Position numbers and translations under genes: made by a program. This document shows, in pieces, positions 37,901-51,013 of a DNA stretch of 64,000 nucleotides. Below the pieces are notes generated by a model. The model was not told where the DNA came from and searched no databases. It was given only the letters and a program-made list of their open reading frames with translations. Position 1 is the first letter of the stretch, and every line of letters begins with the position of its first letter. Source of the DNA: Mustelus asterias (taxonomy: Eukaryota); the NCBI RefSeq assembly GCF_964213995.1, contig NC_135832.1:7068001-7132000 (forward strand), written 5' to 3'.

Positions 37901-38142
37901 GTTTCTTAAAGACTTGATTCGTTGTAAGTATTCGCATTCCAACCATGATTCATGTAAATTGAGTTTGTGTCTTTATATGTTCTGTTTGTGAACAGAATTC
38001 CCACTCACCTGAAGGAGGGGCTTGCAGCTCCGAAAGCTTGTGTGGCTTTTGCTACCAAATAAACCTTTTGGACTTTAACCTGGTGTTGTTAAACTTCTTA
38101 CTGTGTTTACCCCAGTCCAACGCCGGCATCTCCACATCATGA
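34983..38142 (-). mobile_element. Penelope-like element, inverted (palindromic) insertion
   Basis: Minus arm 37203-34983 has RT (GTAMG, RYIDD) and GIY-YIG (VVYLIRC..YIGET). Plus arm 37203-38142 repeats the 3' ~0.9 kb. 13-bp TSD CTCCTTTTTCCCA (34970-34982 / 38143-38155). Confidence 0.93.
35043..35080 (-). ncRNA. Minimal hammerhead ribozyme motif in Penelope pLTR
   Basis: CAC-CUGAAGA-(AGGGGC..GCUCC)-GAAAG-CUU-GUG. Related copies at ~17095, 21955, 38006 and 46558. Confidence 0.6.
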
Positions 38143-38403
38143 CTCCTTTTTCCCAACAATCCTCCAACTTTGCAATTGGATATGCGTCGAATTTAGTTTC
38201 CGTGTTCACCTTTGGATAACTTACACAGAACCGTTGAACACGATCAGGTTTGGCAAACAACACGATCAGCGAACTTCACTCGCTTTGACTATTATATCGC
38301 CTTCTAACATCACTTCCACTTCCTTTTGACCCTGCAGTGCTTTGAGGGGGTTCAGCCAATATGGAATTTGTTTTATCGGAACATCACTCCCTCTGTCAAC
38401 ATC

Positions 38404-38716
38404 ATTTGCTCGGGTGGATGGAGCTATTACAAGGGGGCATAACTGTAGGGTTCGTGGTGGGAGATACAGGACGGATATCAGAGGTAGGTTCTTTACGCAG
38501 AGAGTGGTTGGGGTGTGGAATGGACTGCCTGCAGTGATAGTGGAGTCAGACACTTTAGAAACATTTAAGCGGTTATTGGATAGGCATATGGAGCACACCA
38601 GGATGATAGGGAGTGGGATAGCTTGATCTTGGTTTCAGATAAAGCTCGGCACAACATCGTGGGCCGACGGGCCTGTTCTGTGCTGACGTGTTCTATGTTC
38701 TATTCTATGTTCTATG
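38404..38716 (+). mobile_element. CR1 3' end inserted in Gypsy pol
   Basis: Near-identical to the 3' end of the 54131-56760 copy. Confidence 0.9.
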
Positions 38717-39354
38717 TACTTCGCCGTTATTCTTGCCTATGTTATTTTTACATAGGTCCTCATCGCACAAGGTTTTTTTTCAATTCAGTGCACTGACCTT
38801 AGGACACATAGCTCAATACCCCACTCCTGTCTTTATGGACTTATTCGTCATTTAATTTATCTTCAGGTGCATCAATATCCTCATCATCGGGATGGGATTC
38901 GTCACTCAGTGCCAGTAGGATGGATTCCTCACTGTGTGGCTCTACTATTAAAATCCTTTATCAGCTCATCTGTCTGTTGTAACTCCTTTATTTATTTTTC
39001 AGAACTAAACATTTCTGCCTGATCTACCGAGGACTTTCCCCTACCACCTCATCAAACCGAGTGTCAGCCATCTGGACCTCAAAGCGCTCCTCTTTCTCTT
39101 TTGCTCTCCCTTCATTTTTTAACTTACGGCTGTGCGATCTTGTTACCTCACAGTCCGGAAAGATTTCCGGGTATTTTTCTTTTAACTCCTCAGTTCCCTT
39201 GTTCTCTTAATTCTTTCAAACTCGATATATGCCTGACCTGGTTCCTTCCTCACATTCCTGAACCGTTGTCTATATGCTTTTTGTCCCTATTCGTAAGCAC
39301 TCAAAACAGCCTTCTTTACTTCTTCATACTTTCCTGACACCTCCTCTGACAACA

Positions 39355-39675
39355 CACGGTGGCACAGTGGTTAGCACTGCTACCTCACAGCGCCAAGGAC
39401 CCGGGTTCGATTCCAGTCTCGGGTGACTGTGTGGAGTCTGCACGTTCTCCCCATGTCTGCGTGGGTTTCCTCCAGGTGCTCCGGTTTCCTCCCACAGTCC
39501 AAAGATGTGCGGGTTAGGTTGATTGGCCATGCTAAATTGACACTAGTGCCAGGGGGATTAGCTAGGGTAAATACATGGGGTTACGGGAATAGGGCCTGGG
39601 TGGGATTGTGGTCAGTACAGACATGATGGGCCGAATGGCATCCTTCTGTACTGTAGGGATTCTATGATTCTATGA
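39355..39675 (+). mobile_element. tRNA-derived SINE inserted in Gypsy gag
   Basis: Intact head, B box and GATTCTAT tail. Confidence 0.9.
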
Positions 39676-41108
39676 ATGGTGCAAGCATCTCAGTCGCCCT
39701 GTCGACCAACTTGCTCGGAATTAACATTACCCACACATCCTCTGGCCATTCCATCTGTGTGGCCAATTTCTCAAAGGATATGGAAAATATCTTCTGCGTC
39801 AAATTGTGTTAATGTCTGGACATATTTGTATATATCCTGACCAGGCGGTTGGCTGTGCTGAGTCTACTCACTATTACTTCTATCTGGTACTCCTTCTGCT
39901 GTAATTTGAAACCTTTTTGTTCCATTTCCAACTTCCTCTTTTCTAACTGAAGCAAACTTTCTCTTTCCCTTTCTGCTCCCTCTTTTTTCCATTCCTCTGT
40001 TAGTGCCTTCCCCTCTCTTTCCTTTTCTTTCTTCCGTCTCTTTTTCACTTTCTTCTACTCCTGCCATCCTCTCTTTCCTTCCATTCTGCTGGTGCCTTCA
40101 TCTTTCTTCCTTTTTTGTTACTTTTGTCTCTTTTCCCCTTCTCTTCTCTTTATGACTGCAGCCTTTTAATTTCTTTCGCTAACTCCAAGTTATTTTTCAT
40201 ATATTTCTTTTCCAACGTCACTGCACTTGACTGTCTTTCTGCTAGACCTAGATGCTTGATGAACTCCGTTCAAATTCAGCTTTCTTATTTGCCCTGGTTG
40301 AACTCAATTTTCGTCTGTTTGCTAATTTTACAAGTGTCAGCTTGCTTTGTTTCTCTAAAGTCTCTTGGCAAATTTGGAAAGCATCTGCGACCTGCAGAAC
40401 CTCTCCAGTAATGAAAAGATCCATGTCCTCGCATAGGTTTATTTTAAAGATTTAAGAGTGTTGAGATCCCTCACTTAGCGTCGATTTAAAGATTTAAGAC
40501 AGTTCAGATCCAGGACACGAGGATCTTTGACTGTTCAAATCTCGGGCATGAGCCCCCATTCTGTTATGATACAGAGGTTAATCCCCTTTACCTCGCGTCA
40601 CAATCTGCTGGAAATATTTGGGAATGTCTTAGCTGTTCTCAATTAACCTTTAGAGGTTCATTAATCTCAAGGCCTGACACTCTCTTTCAGCGAATAATTA
40701 ACAAGGTATTTATTCAAATGACCAGGAAGTTTAAGTGAAGAGATAACATATTAAGTAAGGTATGGTTCGACTGGAAAGCTGTCCGAATAATGCAAGGAAC
40801 ATTCATTCCCAAAATAGTAATAATGGAATTTTTGTCGCTCTCAAATAAATTTTATAACCAGGTCTCATAGCGTTAGGAAGTTTTGGAGTTTATTGGCAGC
40901 TGTCCGCTTCCTATCAGGGCTGTCTGATTTGGGACTTTTCGCTGGGTAGCGGGCATTTTATCTTAAGGCCTATCTGAAGTTGGCAGAGTTAAGAACCAAC
41001 TGCTCCAGTTGATCGAAGTGCCCTTTACTGCCTTTAAATGTTTTAGGTGATCGAGCCCTGCTGCTTTTTGAACTCGTGGCTCAATCTTGGAGGAACCAAA
41101 CTCGAGGC

Positions 41109-44100
41109 TCTCATCCCACGTACTCCCTGCGTTGGTGAACACTACTGCGTCCCGAAGATACACAAGGCCAAGACACCCCGCCGTCCCATCGTATCAGGCA
41201 ATAGGACCCTATGTGAGAACCTCTCTGGCTACATCGAGGGCATCCTGAAACCCATTGTACAAAGAACCACCAGCTTCTGTCGCGACACTACGGGCTTCCT
41301 ATAGAAACTCAGCACACATGGAGCAGTTGAACCAGGAGCGCTCCTCGTCACAGTGGATGTCTTGGCACTCTACCCCAGCACACCGACGATAACGCATTGC
41401 TGCAACTGCCTCAGTACTCAACGCCAACAACTGCCAAACTCCAGATGCAATTCCACAACTAATCCGCTTCATCTTGGACCTTCAACAACCAGTTCTTCAT
41501 CCAGACACACGGAACAGCCATGGGGACTAATTTCGCACGTCAGTATGCCAGCATCTTCATGCACAGGTTCGAACAAGACCTCTTCACCGCACAGGACCTT
41601 CAACCGACGCTATACACGAGACACATCGATAACATTTTCTTCCTTTGGACTCCTGGCGAACAATCACTGAAACAACTCTATGATGACATCAACAAGTTCC
41701 ATCACACCATCAGACTCACCATGGGCTACTCTCCGGAATCGGTTGTATTCTTGGACAAACGCATCTCCATCAAGGACGGCCACCTCAGCACTTCACTGTA
41801 CTGCAAGCCCACGGATAACCTCACGATGCTCCACTTCTCCAGTTTCCACCCGAAACACGCTAAGGAAGCCACCCCCTACGTATACACAGGATTGGCTCAG
41901 ATGAGGAGGATTGCAACAGATACCTACAGACACTGAAATACGCCCTCAGAAGAACAGGATATGGTGCGCGACACATCGATCGACAGTTCCGACGTACCAC
42001 AGCGAAAACCCGCACCGACCTCCTCAGAAGACAAACATGGGACACGGCGGACAGAGTATCCTCCGCTGTCCAGGATTTTCCCAGAGCGGAGAAGCAATGA
42101 CATCTTATCCCAAGCCTTCAACATGTCATCGATGAAGACAAGCATCTCGCCAAGGCCATCCCCACACCCCCACTTCCGGCCTTCAAACAACCGCACAACT
42201 TCAAACAGACCATTGTCCGCAGCAAACTATGCAGCCTTCAGGAGTGACCACGACACTACACAATCCTGCCACACAACAAAGAACAAAGAACAATACAGCA
42301 CAGGAACAGGCCCTTCAAGCACGCGCCGCTCCCCGGTCCAGGATTGAATCCTGAATCCAGGATCCCCGCCCAATTTTCCAGCCTATCTACATCCTAATAT
42401 CCGATCCACCGAGCTGTCCCTCACAGCTACGATGCTTTGTTCATCACACCCTATTAACTCACCCCCACCCCCCCATTCCAGACCATGTGATCTCCAGGGA
42501 GAGGCGAAAACCCAGAGTGAAAACCCCAGGACCAATATGGGGGAAACAAATCTGGGAAATTCCTCTCCTACCCCCTGTGGCGATCGAAACGAGTCCAGGA
42601 GATCACACTGGCCCTGATCAGAAAATGCTTCCCAACCCTATTCATTTCCACTTCTGCTTTACGAACACCATCTGAATTCCCTGCCCCCGAGACAGGTTCC
42701 CAACTATCCGCAGTCTCGCTCTGTACTGGCACCAGCAAGATGATCATAGAATGAAGCCTTGAAACGAGAAACAAATAACAATTAGCCCGCGCCGCTCCCT
42801 GGTCCAAACTAGACCACTCTTTTGTATCCCTCCATTCCCACTCCGTTCATATAGCTGTCTAGAGAAGTCTTAAACGTTCCCAGTGTGTCCGCCTCCACCA
42901 CCTTGCCTGGCAACATTCCAGGCCCCCACGACCCTCTGTGTAAAATATGTCCTTCTAATATCTGTGTTAAATCTCCCCCCCTTCACCTTGAACCTATGAC
43001 CCCTCGTGAACGTCACCACCGACCCGGGGAAAAGCTTCCCACCGTTCACCCTATCTATGCCTTTCATAATTTTATACACCTCTATTAAGTCTCCCCTCAT
43101 CCTCCGTCTTTCCAAGGAGAACAACCCCAGTTTCCCCAATCTCTCCTCATAACCAAGCCCCTCCATACAAGGCAACATCCTGGTAAACCTCCTCTGTACT
43201 CTCTCTAAAGCCTCCACGTCCTTCTGGTAGTGTGGCGACCAGAAATAGACGCAGTATTCCAAATGCGGCCGAACCAACGTTCTATACATCTGCAACATCA
43301 GACCCCAACTTTTATACTCTATGCCCCGTCCTATAAAGGCAAGCATGCCATATGCCTTCTTCACCACCTTCTCCACCTGTGACGTCACCTTCAAAGATCT
43401 GTGGACTTGCACACCCAGGTCCCTCTGCGTCTCTGCACCCTTTATGGTTCTTCCAATTATCGTGTAGCTCCTCCCTACATTATTCCCACCAAAATGCATC
43501 ACTTCGCATTTATCAGGATTGAACTCCATCTGCCATTTCTTTGCCCAAATTTCCAGCCTATCTATATCCTTCTGTAGCCTCTGACAATGTTCCTCACTAT
43601 CTGCAAGTCCTGCCAGTTTTGTGTCGTCCGCAAACTTACTGATCACCCCAGTTACTCCTTCTTCCAGATCATTTATATAAATCACAAACAGCAGAGGTCC
43701 CAATACAGAGCCCTGCGGAACACCACTAGTCACAGGCCTCCAGCCGGAAAAAGACCCTTCCACTACCACCCTCTGTCTTCCATGACCAAGCCAGTTCTCC
43801 ACCCATCTAGCCACCTCCCCCTTTATCCCATGAGATCCAACCTTTTTCACTAGCCTACCATGAGGGACTTTGTCAAACGCTTTAGTAAAGTCCATATAGA
43901 CAACATCCACGGCCCTTCCTTCGTCAACCATTCTGGTCATTTCTTCAAAAAACACCACCAGGTTAGTGAGGCATGACTTCCCTCTCACAAAACCATGCTG
44001 ACTATCGTTAATGAGTTTATTCCTTTCTAAATGCGCATGCATCCTATCTCTAAGAATCTTCTCCAACAACTTCCCCACCACGGACGTCAAGCTCACCGGC

Positions 44101-46640
44101 CTATAATTACCCGGGTTATCCTTCCTACCCTTCTTTAATAACGGGACCACATTAGCTATCCTCCAATCCTCTGGGACCTCACCTGCGTCCAGTGACGAGA
44201 CAAAGATTTGCGTCAGAGGCCCAACGATTTCACCTCTCGTCTCCCTGAGCAGCCTTGGATACATTCCATCAGGCCCTGGGGATTTGTCAGTCTTTATATT
44301 CTCTAACAAACCTAACACTTCCTCCTTTTTAATGGAGATTTTCTCCAACGGTTCAACACTCCCCTCAGAGACACTCCCAGTCAACACATCCCTCTCTTTT
44401 GTGAATACCGACGCAAAGTATTCATTTAGGATCTCCCCTACTTATTTGGGCTCCAAGCATAAGTCCCCACTTTTGTCCCTGAGAGGTCCGATTTTTTCCC
44501 TAACAACCCTTTTGTTCCTAACGTATGAATAAAATGCCTTGGGATTCTCCTTAATCCTGTCTGCCAAGAACATTTCGTGACCCCTTTTTGCTCTTCTAAT
44601 TCCCCATTTGAGTACTTTCCTACTTTCTTTGTACTCCTCCAGAGCTCCCTCCGTTTTTAGCTGCTTGGACCTAACATACGCCTCTCTTTTCTTTTTGACC
44701 AGTCCCTCAATTTCCCTGGTTATCCACGGTTCTCGATTCCTACGCTTCCTATCCTTCTTTTTTACAGGCACATGCTTGTCCTGCAGCCCTAACAACTGTT
44801 CCTTAAATGACTGCCACATACCAGATGTGGATTTACCCTCAAACAGCCTCTCCCAATCAAGAGCTGCCAATTTCTGCCTGATCCCACTAAAGTTAGCCTT
44901 CCCCCAATCCAACACCTTACCCTTGGGACACCACTCATCCTTTTCCATCACTATCCTAAAGCTAACGGAATTGTGGTCACTATTTGCCACATGTTCCCCT
45001 ACCAAACATTTGAAGACCTGACCGGGCTCATTTCTCAGTACCAGGTCCAGTATAGCCCCCTCTCTAGTCGGGCTGTCTACATATTGTTCCAACGAACTCT
45101 CCTGTACACATTTTACAAATTCCTCCCCATCCAGAGTCCCTGCCCTCAGCGATTTCCAGTCTATACCAGGGAAATTGAAGTCTCCCACTACAACAACCCT
45201 TTTTTTCCTGCACCTATCCAGTATCTCCTGACTCATCCATTCTTCCACTTCCCTTGGGCTGTTGGGGGGCCTGTAGTACACCCCCAACATAGTGACTGCG
45301 CCTTTCCTGTTTCTAAGCTCCACCCAGAGTGACTCGCTACACGACCCCTCTGAATTGTCCTCCCTCTGCACCGCTGTAATATGCTCTCCAACTAATACCG
45401 CTACTCCCCCACCTCTTTTGGCCCCTCCTCTGTCTCGCCTAAAACACTTGTACCCTGGAATATTCAGCTGCCAGTCCTGGCCCTCTTTCAACCAAGTCTC
45501 TGTCACCGCAACCACATTCAAATTCCTCGTGCACATAAAGGCCCCAAGTTCGTCTGTTTTACCTGCTACGCTCCTTTCATTGAAGTATAAGCATTCCAGA
45601 CCTCCAGGCCCAGTGAGGTCGTCCTCCCCCAGAGTGCTCTTCTTCTTTGCCAGCCTTGTCCCAGCCCCAAGCTCGTCCCCAGCCTCCACACTTGTAGACC
45701 TAATATTTTGATCCCCAACCCCCTGCCATACTAGTTTAAACCCCCCCGAACTGCACTAGCAAAGCTCCCAGCCAGGATATTTGTGCCCTTCCAACTTAGT
45801 TGTGACCCCTCCCTCTTGTACAGGTGCCATCCTCTCCTGAAAACTTCCCATTGATCTATGAAAATGAAGCCCTCCCTCCTGGACCAGTCCTTGAGCCAGG
45901 CATTCATTTGTACCAACACCCTATTCTTAGCCTCACTGGCACGAGGCATTGGGAGCAGCCGAGAGATGACCACCCTAGTGACCCTACTTTTTAACCTATT
46001 TCCCAACTCCCTGAATTGCTCTCTTAGGATCCCCCTACTCTTCCTATCTACGTCATTTCCACCAATGTGTATAATGACATCCGTTTCTTTATCTTCCCCT
46101 TTTAATATGCCTCCTATCCGCTCGGAGACATCCGTGACCCTAGCACCAGGTAGGCAGACTACCATCCTGGAGTCCCGTTCGCAACCACAGAATCGCCTGT
46201 CTGTGCCTCTAACTGATGCATCCCCCACCACTATCGCTCGCCTAACCCCTCTCTTCCCTTTCCGTGCCACAGAACCTGACTGTGTGCCAGTGACCTGGTC
46301 ACTGTGTCTTACCATTGGAGAGGCACACTCCTCCACACTATCCAAAACAATGTACCTGTTTTGGAGTGGGACAACCACAGGTGACCCCTCTTCTAACTGT
46401 TCACTCCCCTCCCCTCTTGCAACCTCTGCAAGACGTGTCGGATCATCAACACGGATGCCATCATCTCACGTGAGAACACCATCCACCAGGTACACAGATC
46501 CTGTGCACATAGACCCTTTGTCTATGTATGCCCTGCTTGTGAACACAACTCTTCACTCACCTGAGGAAGAAGCAACACTCCGAAAGCTTGTGCTACTAAA
46601 TAAACCTGTTGGACTTTAACGTGGTGTTGTGAGACTTCTT
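41109..46640 (+). mobile_element. Degenerate Penelope element split by a CR1 (pieces 41109-42272 and 46419-46640)
   Basis: PKIHK..RPIVSG, GTAMG and RHIDN. The sequence CCTGCCACA|GCAACCTCTGCAAG resumes after the LINE. Confidence 0.85.
42274..46418 (-). mobile_element. Near full-length CR1 LINE: ORF1 (SGNH/esterase-like, 45731-46378) and ORF2 (APE endonuclease + RT, 45689-42870, one in-frame stop at 44442-44444)
   Basis: ORF1 IVVGDA..CLPGA..HIGGND; EN VTETWL, YRPP, GDFN, SDH; RT QGSVLGP and FADD. Confidence 0.95.
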
Positions 46641-46950
46641 TCAATCATTTGAGTCCCAGGACACTACTGCACGACTTCTTCGGGTAAGTGTCCCAAGCCC
46701 AACCATGATCAATGATCTCCCTTCCATCATAACGTCAGAAGTAGGGATGTTCACAGATGATTGCACAATGTTCAACACCATTCGCGGCTGCTGAGATACT
46801 GAAGCAGTCGCTGTCCAGATGTAGCAAGACCTGGACCAGGCTTAGATTGAAAGGTGGGAACCAACATTCGTGCCAGAAAAGTGCCAGGCAATGATCATCT
46901 CTAACAAGCGCACCAGAGGACAGGAAATTAGTTAATGTAACACCGCTTTT

Positions 46951-48188
46951 CATAGAACATAGAACATAGAACATTACAGCGCAGAACAGGCCCTTCGGCC
47001 CACGATGTTGCACCGACCAGTTAAAAAAAAAAACTGTGACCCTCCAACCTAAACCAATTTCTTTTCGTCCATGAACCTATCTACGGATCTCTTAAACGCC
47101 CCCAAACTAGGCGCATTTACAACTGATGCTGGCAGGGCATTCCAATCCCTCACCACCCTCTGGGTAAAGAACCTACCCCTGACATCGGTTCTATAACTAC
47201 CCCCCCTCAATTTAAAGCCATGCCCCCTCGTGCTGGATTTCTCCATCAGAGGAAAAAGGCTATCACTATCCACCCTATCTAAACCTCTAATCATCTTATA
47301 TGTTTCAATAAGATCCCCTCTTAGCCGCCGCCTTTCCAGCGAAAACAATCCCAAATCCCTCAGCCTCTCCTCATAGGATCTCCCCTCCATACCAGGCAAC
47401 ATCCTGGTAAACCTCCTCTGCACCCTCTCCAAAGCCTCCGCATCCTTCCTGTAATGTGGGGACCAGAACTGCACACAGTACTCCAAGTGCGGCCGCACCA
47501 GAGTTGTGTACAGTTGCAACATAACGCTACGACTCCTAAATTCAATCCCCCTACCAATAAACGCCAAGACACCATATGCCTTCTTAACAACCTTATCTAC
47601 TTGATTCCCAACTTTCAGGGATCTATTCACACATACACCTAGATCCCTCTGCTCCTCCACACTATTCAAAGTCCTCCCGTTAGCCCTATACTCAACACAT
47701 CTGTTATTCCTACCAAAGTGAATTACCTCACACTTCTCCGCATTAAACTCCATCCGCCACCTCTCGGCCCAACTTTGCAACGTGTCTAAGTCTTCCTGCA
47801 AACTACGACACCCTTCCTCACTGTCTACCACACCACCGACTTTGGTGTCATCAGCAAATTTGCTAATCCACCCAACTATACCCTCATCCAGATCATTAAT
47901 AAATATTACAAACAGCAGTGGCCCCAAAACAGATCCTTGAGGTACACCACTTGTAACCGCACTCCATGATGAATATTTACTATCAACCACCACCCTCTGT
48001 TTCCTATCCGCTAGCCAATTCCTGATCCAATTTCCTAGATCACCCCCAATCCCATACATCTGCATTTTCTGCAGAAGCCTACCATGGTGAACCTTATCAA
48101 ACGCCTTACTAAAATCCATATATACCACGTCCACTGCCTTGCCCCCATCCACCTCCTTGGTCACTTTCTCAAAAAACTCAATAAGGTT
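46951..48188 (-). mobile_element. CR1 LINE, 5'-truncated, open RT C-terminal ORF
   Basis: ORF 47049-48164; (GTTCTAT)n tail. Confidence 0.93.
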
Positions 48189-50010
48189 TCAGAAGGGAGG
48201 GAGGCAGCAGACGGAAAATTATAGGCACGTCAGCCTGACTTCGATCACTGGCAAGATTTTAGTGTCCATTGTTAAAGATGAGATCGCAGAGTAGTTGGAA
48301 TTGCATGATAAAGTAGGGCTAAGTCAGCACGACTTTGTCATGGGAAGGTCATGCCTGACAAATCTGTTAGAGTTCTTGGAGGAGGTAACAAGAAACTTAG
48401 ATTAAGGAGCACCAGTGGACGTGATTTTTTTAGATTTCCAGAAGACCTTTGACAAGGTTCCGCCCAGCAGACTGTTAAATAACTTAAGTGCGCATGGTGT
48501 TAAGGGTTCGATCCTGGCATTGATAGAGGATTGGCTGACTGGCAGAACAAACAACAAACAAAGAACAAAGAAAAAAGAACAATACAGCACAGGAACAGGC
48601 CCTTCAGCCCTCCAAGCCCGTGCCGCTCCCTGGTCCAAACTAGACCATTCTTTTGTATCCCTCCATTCCCACTCCGTTCATGTGGCTATCTAGATAAGTC
48701 TTAAACGTTCCCAGTGTGTCCGCCTCCACCACCTTGCCTGGCAGCGCATTCCAGGCCCCCACCACCCTCTGTGTAAAATATGTCCTTCTGATATCCGTGT
48801 TACCTCCCCCCCTTCACCTTGAACCTATGACCCCCTCCTGAACGTCACCACCGACCTGGGGAAAAGCTTCCCACAGTTCACCCTATCTATGCCTTTCATA
48901 ATTTTATACACCTCTATTAAGTCTCCCCTCATCCTCCGTCTTTCCAGGGAGAAGGCAGAGAGTGGGGATAATGGTGCCCTTCTCAGGCTGGCAGCCGGTG
49001 ACTAGTGGTGTGCCTCATTGGTCAGTACTGGGGCCATAACTTTTCACAATATACATTAACGATTTGGAGGAAGGAAGTGAAGGCACTGTTGCTAAGTTTG
49101 CAGATGATACAAAGATATGCCAAGGGACAGGTAATATTGAGGAAGCAGGGGGGCTGCAAAATGACATGGACAGGTTAGGAGAGTGAGCAAAGAAGTGGCA
49201 GATGGAATGCAATGTGGAAAAGTTATGCACTTTCGAAGGAGGAATGGAGACATAGACTATTTTCTAAATGGGGAAATGCTGAGTAAATAAGAAAGACAAA
49301 GGGACTTGGGAGACATTGTTCAAGATTCTCTAAAGGTTAGCACGCAGATTCAGTCGGCAGTTAGGAAGGCAAATGCAATGTTCGCATTCATGTCGAGAGG
49401 GCTGGAATACAAGAGCAGGGATGTATTTCTGAGGCTGTACTAGGCTCTGGTCAGACCCCATTTGGGGTATCGTGAGCAGCCCTGGTCTCCATATCTAAGG
49501 AAGGATGTGCTGGCCTTGGAAAGGGTCCAGAGGAGGTTCACAGGAATGATCCCTGGAATGAAGAGCTTGTCATATGAGGAACGGTTGAGGATTCTGGGTC
49601 TGCACTCCTTGGAGTTTAGAAGGATGAGGGGTGTCTTATTGAAACTTATAGGATACTGAGAGGTCTGGATAAAGTGAACGTTGAGAGGATGTTTCCACTG
49701 ATAGGATAAAATTAGAACCAAAGGGCACAATCTCAGGCTAAAGGGACGATCCTTTATATCAGCGATGAGGAGGAATTCATTCAGCCAGAAAGTGGTGAAT
49801 CTGTTGAACTCTTTGCCGTAGAAGGCCGTGGAGGCGAAATCATTGAGTGCCTTTCAGACAGAGATAGATAGTTTCTTGATTAATAAGTGGGACAGGGGTT
49901 ATGGGGAAAATGGGGATGAGAAAAATATCAGCCATGATTGAATGGCGGAGCAGACTCCATGGGCCGAGTGGCCTAATTCTGCACCTATCTCTTATGGTCT
50001 TATGATGTTA
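48189..50010 (+). mobile_element. Older CR1 fragment with nested minus-strand CR1 3' end (48547-48952)
   Basis: Decayed DFQKTFDKVP, FADD and PWSPYLRKD, interrupted by a younger tail. Confidence 0.85.
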
Positions 50011-51013
50011 TGGATGCGTCAAACGAAGACCACTATCTGCATGTCACCGACTCGAGAGGAGTCTGCCACTACCCACGGTAAGTGTTATAATTCGGGCAGG
50101 AAGTGCAGCTAATAAAGATGAGGAAGATCTGGTGTGACCGGTGAAACAGAATCCAGCAGGACATCCATCAAATTGCATTTTGTTTCTGGGAGACCCCTAG
50201 TGGAATTGTACTCGTAAAGTTGACCAACCGAGTTTTGAAGTACCCCCGAGTTAGAAACGACTTGTACAATTAGCTCATCAGGGTATCAGGAAGGTGTATT
50301 GTAATGCCCGTACAGCTGTTGGAAAATGCAATGCTTATATTGGTAACCAGGCAGCCTCCATGCCCATAAAAAAACAAAGGCCAATCGTGAGCCATTTCGT
50401 CTAACGAACAAATCGTCAATTAAACGACAACTATTGGTTCCTGTGAAGCCTAGTAAATCGATGCATTTTTGCGGAGTATCTTGGACCACTTTTCCCTTTA
50501 TGAAGGCATAGACATATTCTCGTTTGTGTAGAGGTTACATGGCCCTTCTGCCGACATGAATCCAAGGAACCTGTTCCAGAAACCACACTTGACGACACCA
50601 TTATTGACATTTTTACTGTCGCTGGTCCTGCACTCCGACATGGGTAGAGACTTTTAATTTGAATCGACCGTATTCTCTTCTCCAGAATAGAGAAAATTAT
50701 ATTGTGTTTTCAATGGCAATGTTGGGTAGATTCTTGACGAACAAAGTGTGTTATTGGGGTTAAGCAAGAAATGTAGCTGAGTCCACGATGACATAATCAA
50801 CCACCGTATCAAATGGCAGAGCAGGCTCGAGGACCCGAATGGCCGAAATCCGGTGCAAATTCGTACCTTAGTAACGCCCGAATTCAACAGTGGAAAGAGA
50901 ACCTCTTCATATAACATCAGGAGAAACAAAGAGATAGGAAGCACTCAATCTGTGTTTGCATAGATAATGAAATGCATTCGAAACAGTTACATAAAAAAAG
51001 GAGCTGCTTATAA

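Larger units (their letters stand above)
32840..41108 (-). mobile_element. Degenerate Gypsy-type LTR retrotransposon with nested insertions
   Basis: Related LTRs at 32840-34206 and 40562-~41108 (both begin TGTTA..ACAGAGGTTAATCCCCTTTACCTCGCGTCA). PBS TGGGGGCTCATGCCCGAG (40558-40541, tRNA-Pro-like). PPT AAGGGGGGAGG next to 34206. Gag relic FEKLATQMEWPEDVW..SKL and RT relic PIKQIPY..KPD..RFCV.Y.KVN..DAYPI..KLDL.RGY. Confidence 0.85.
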
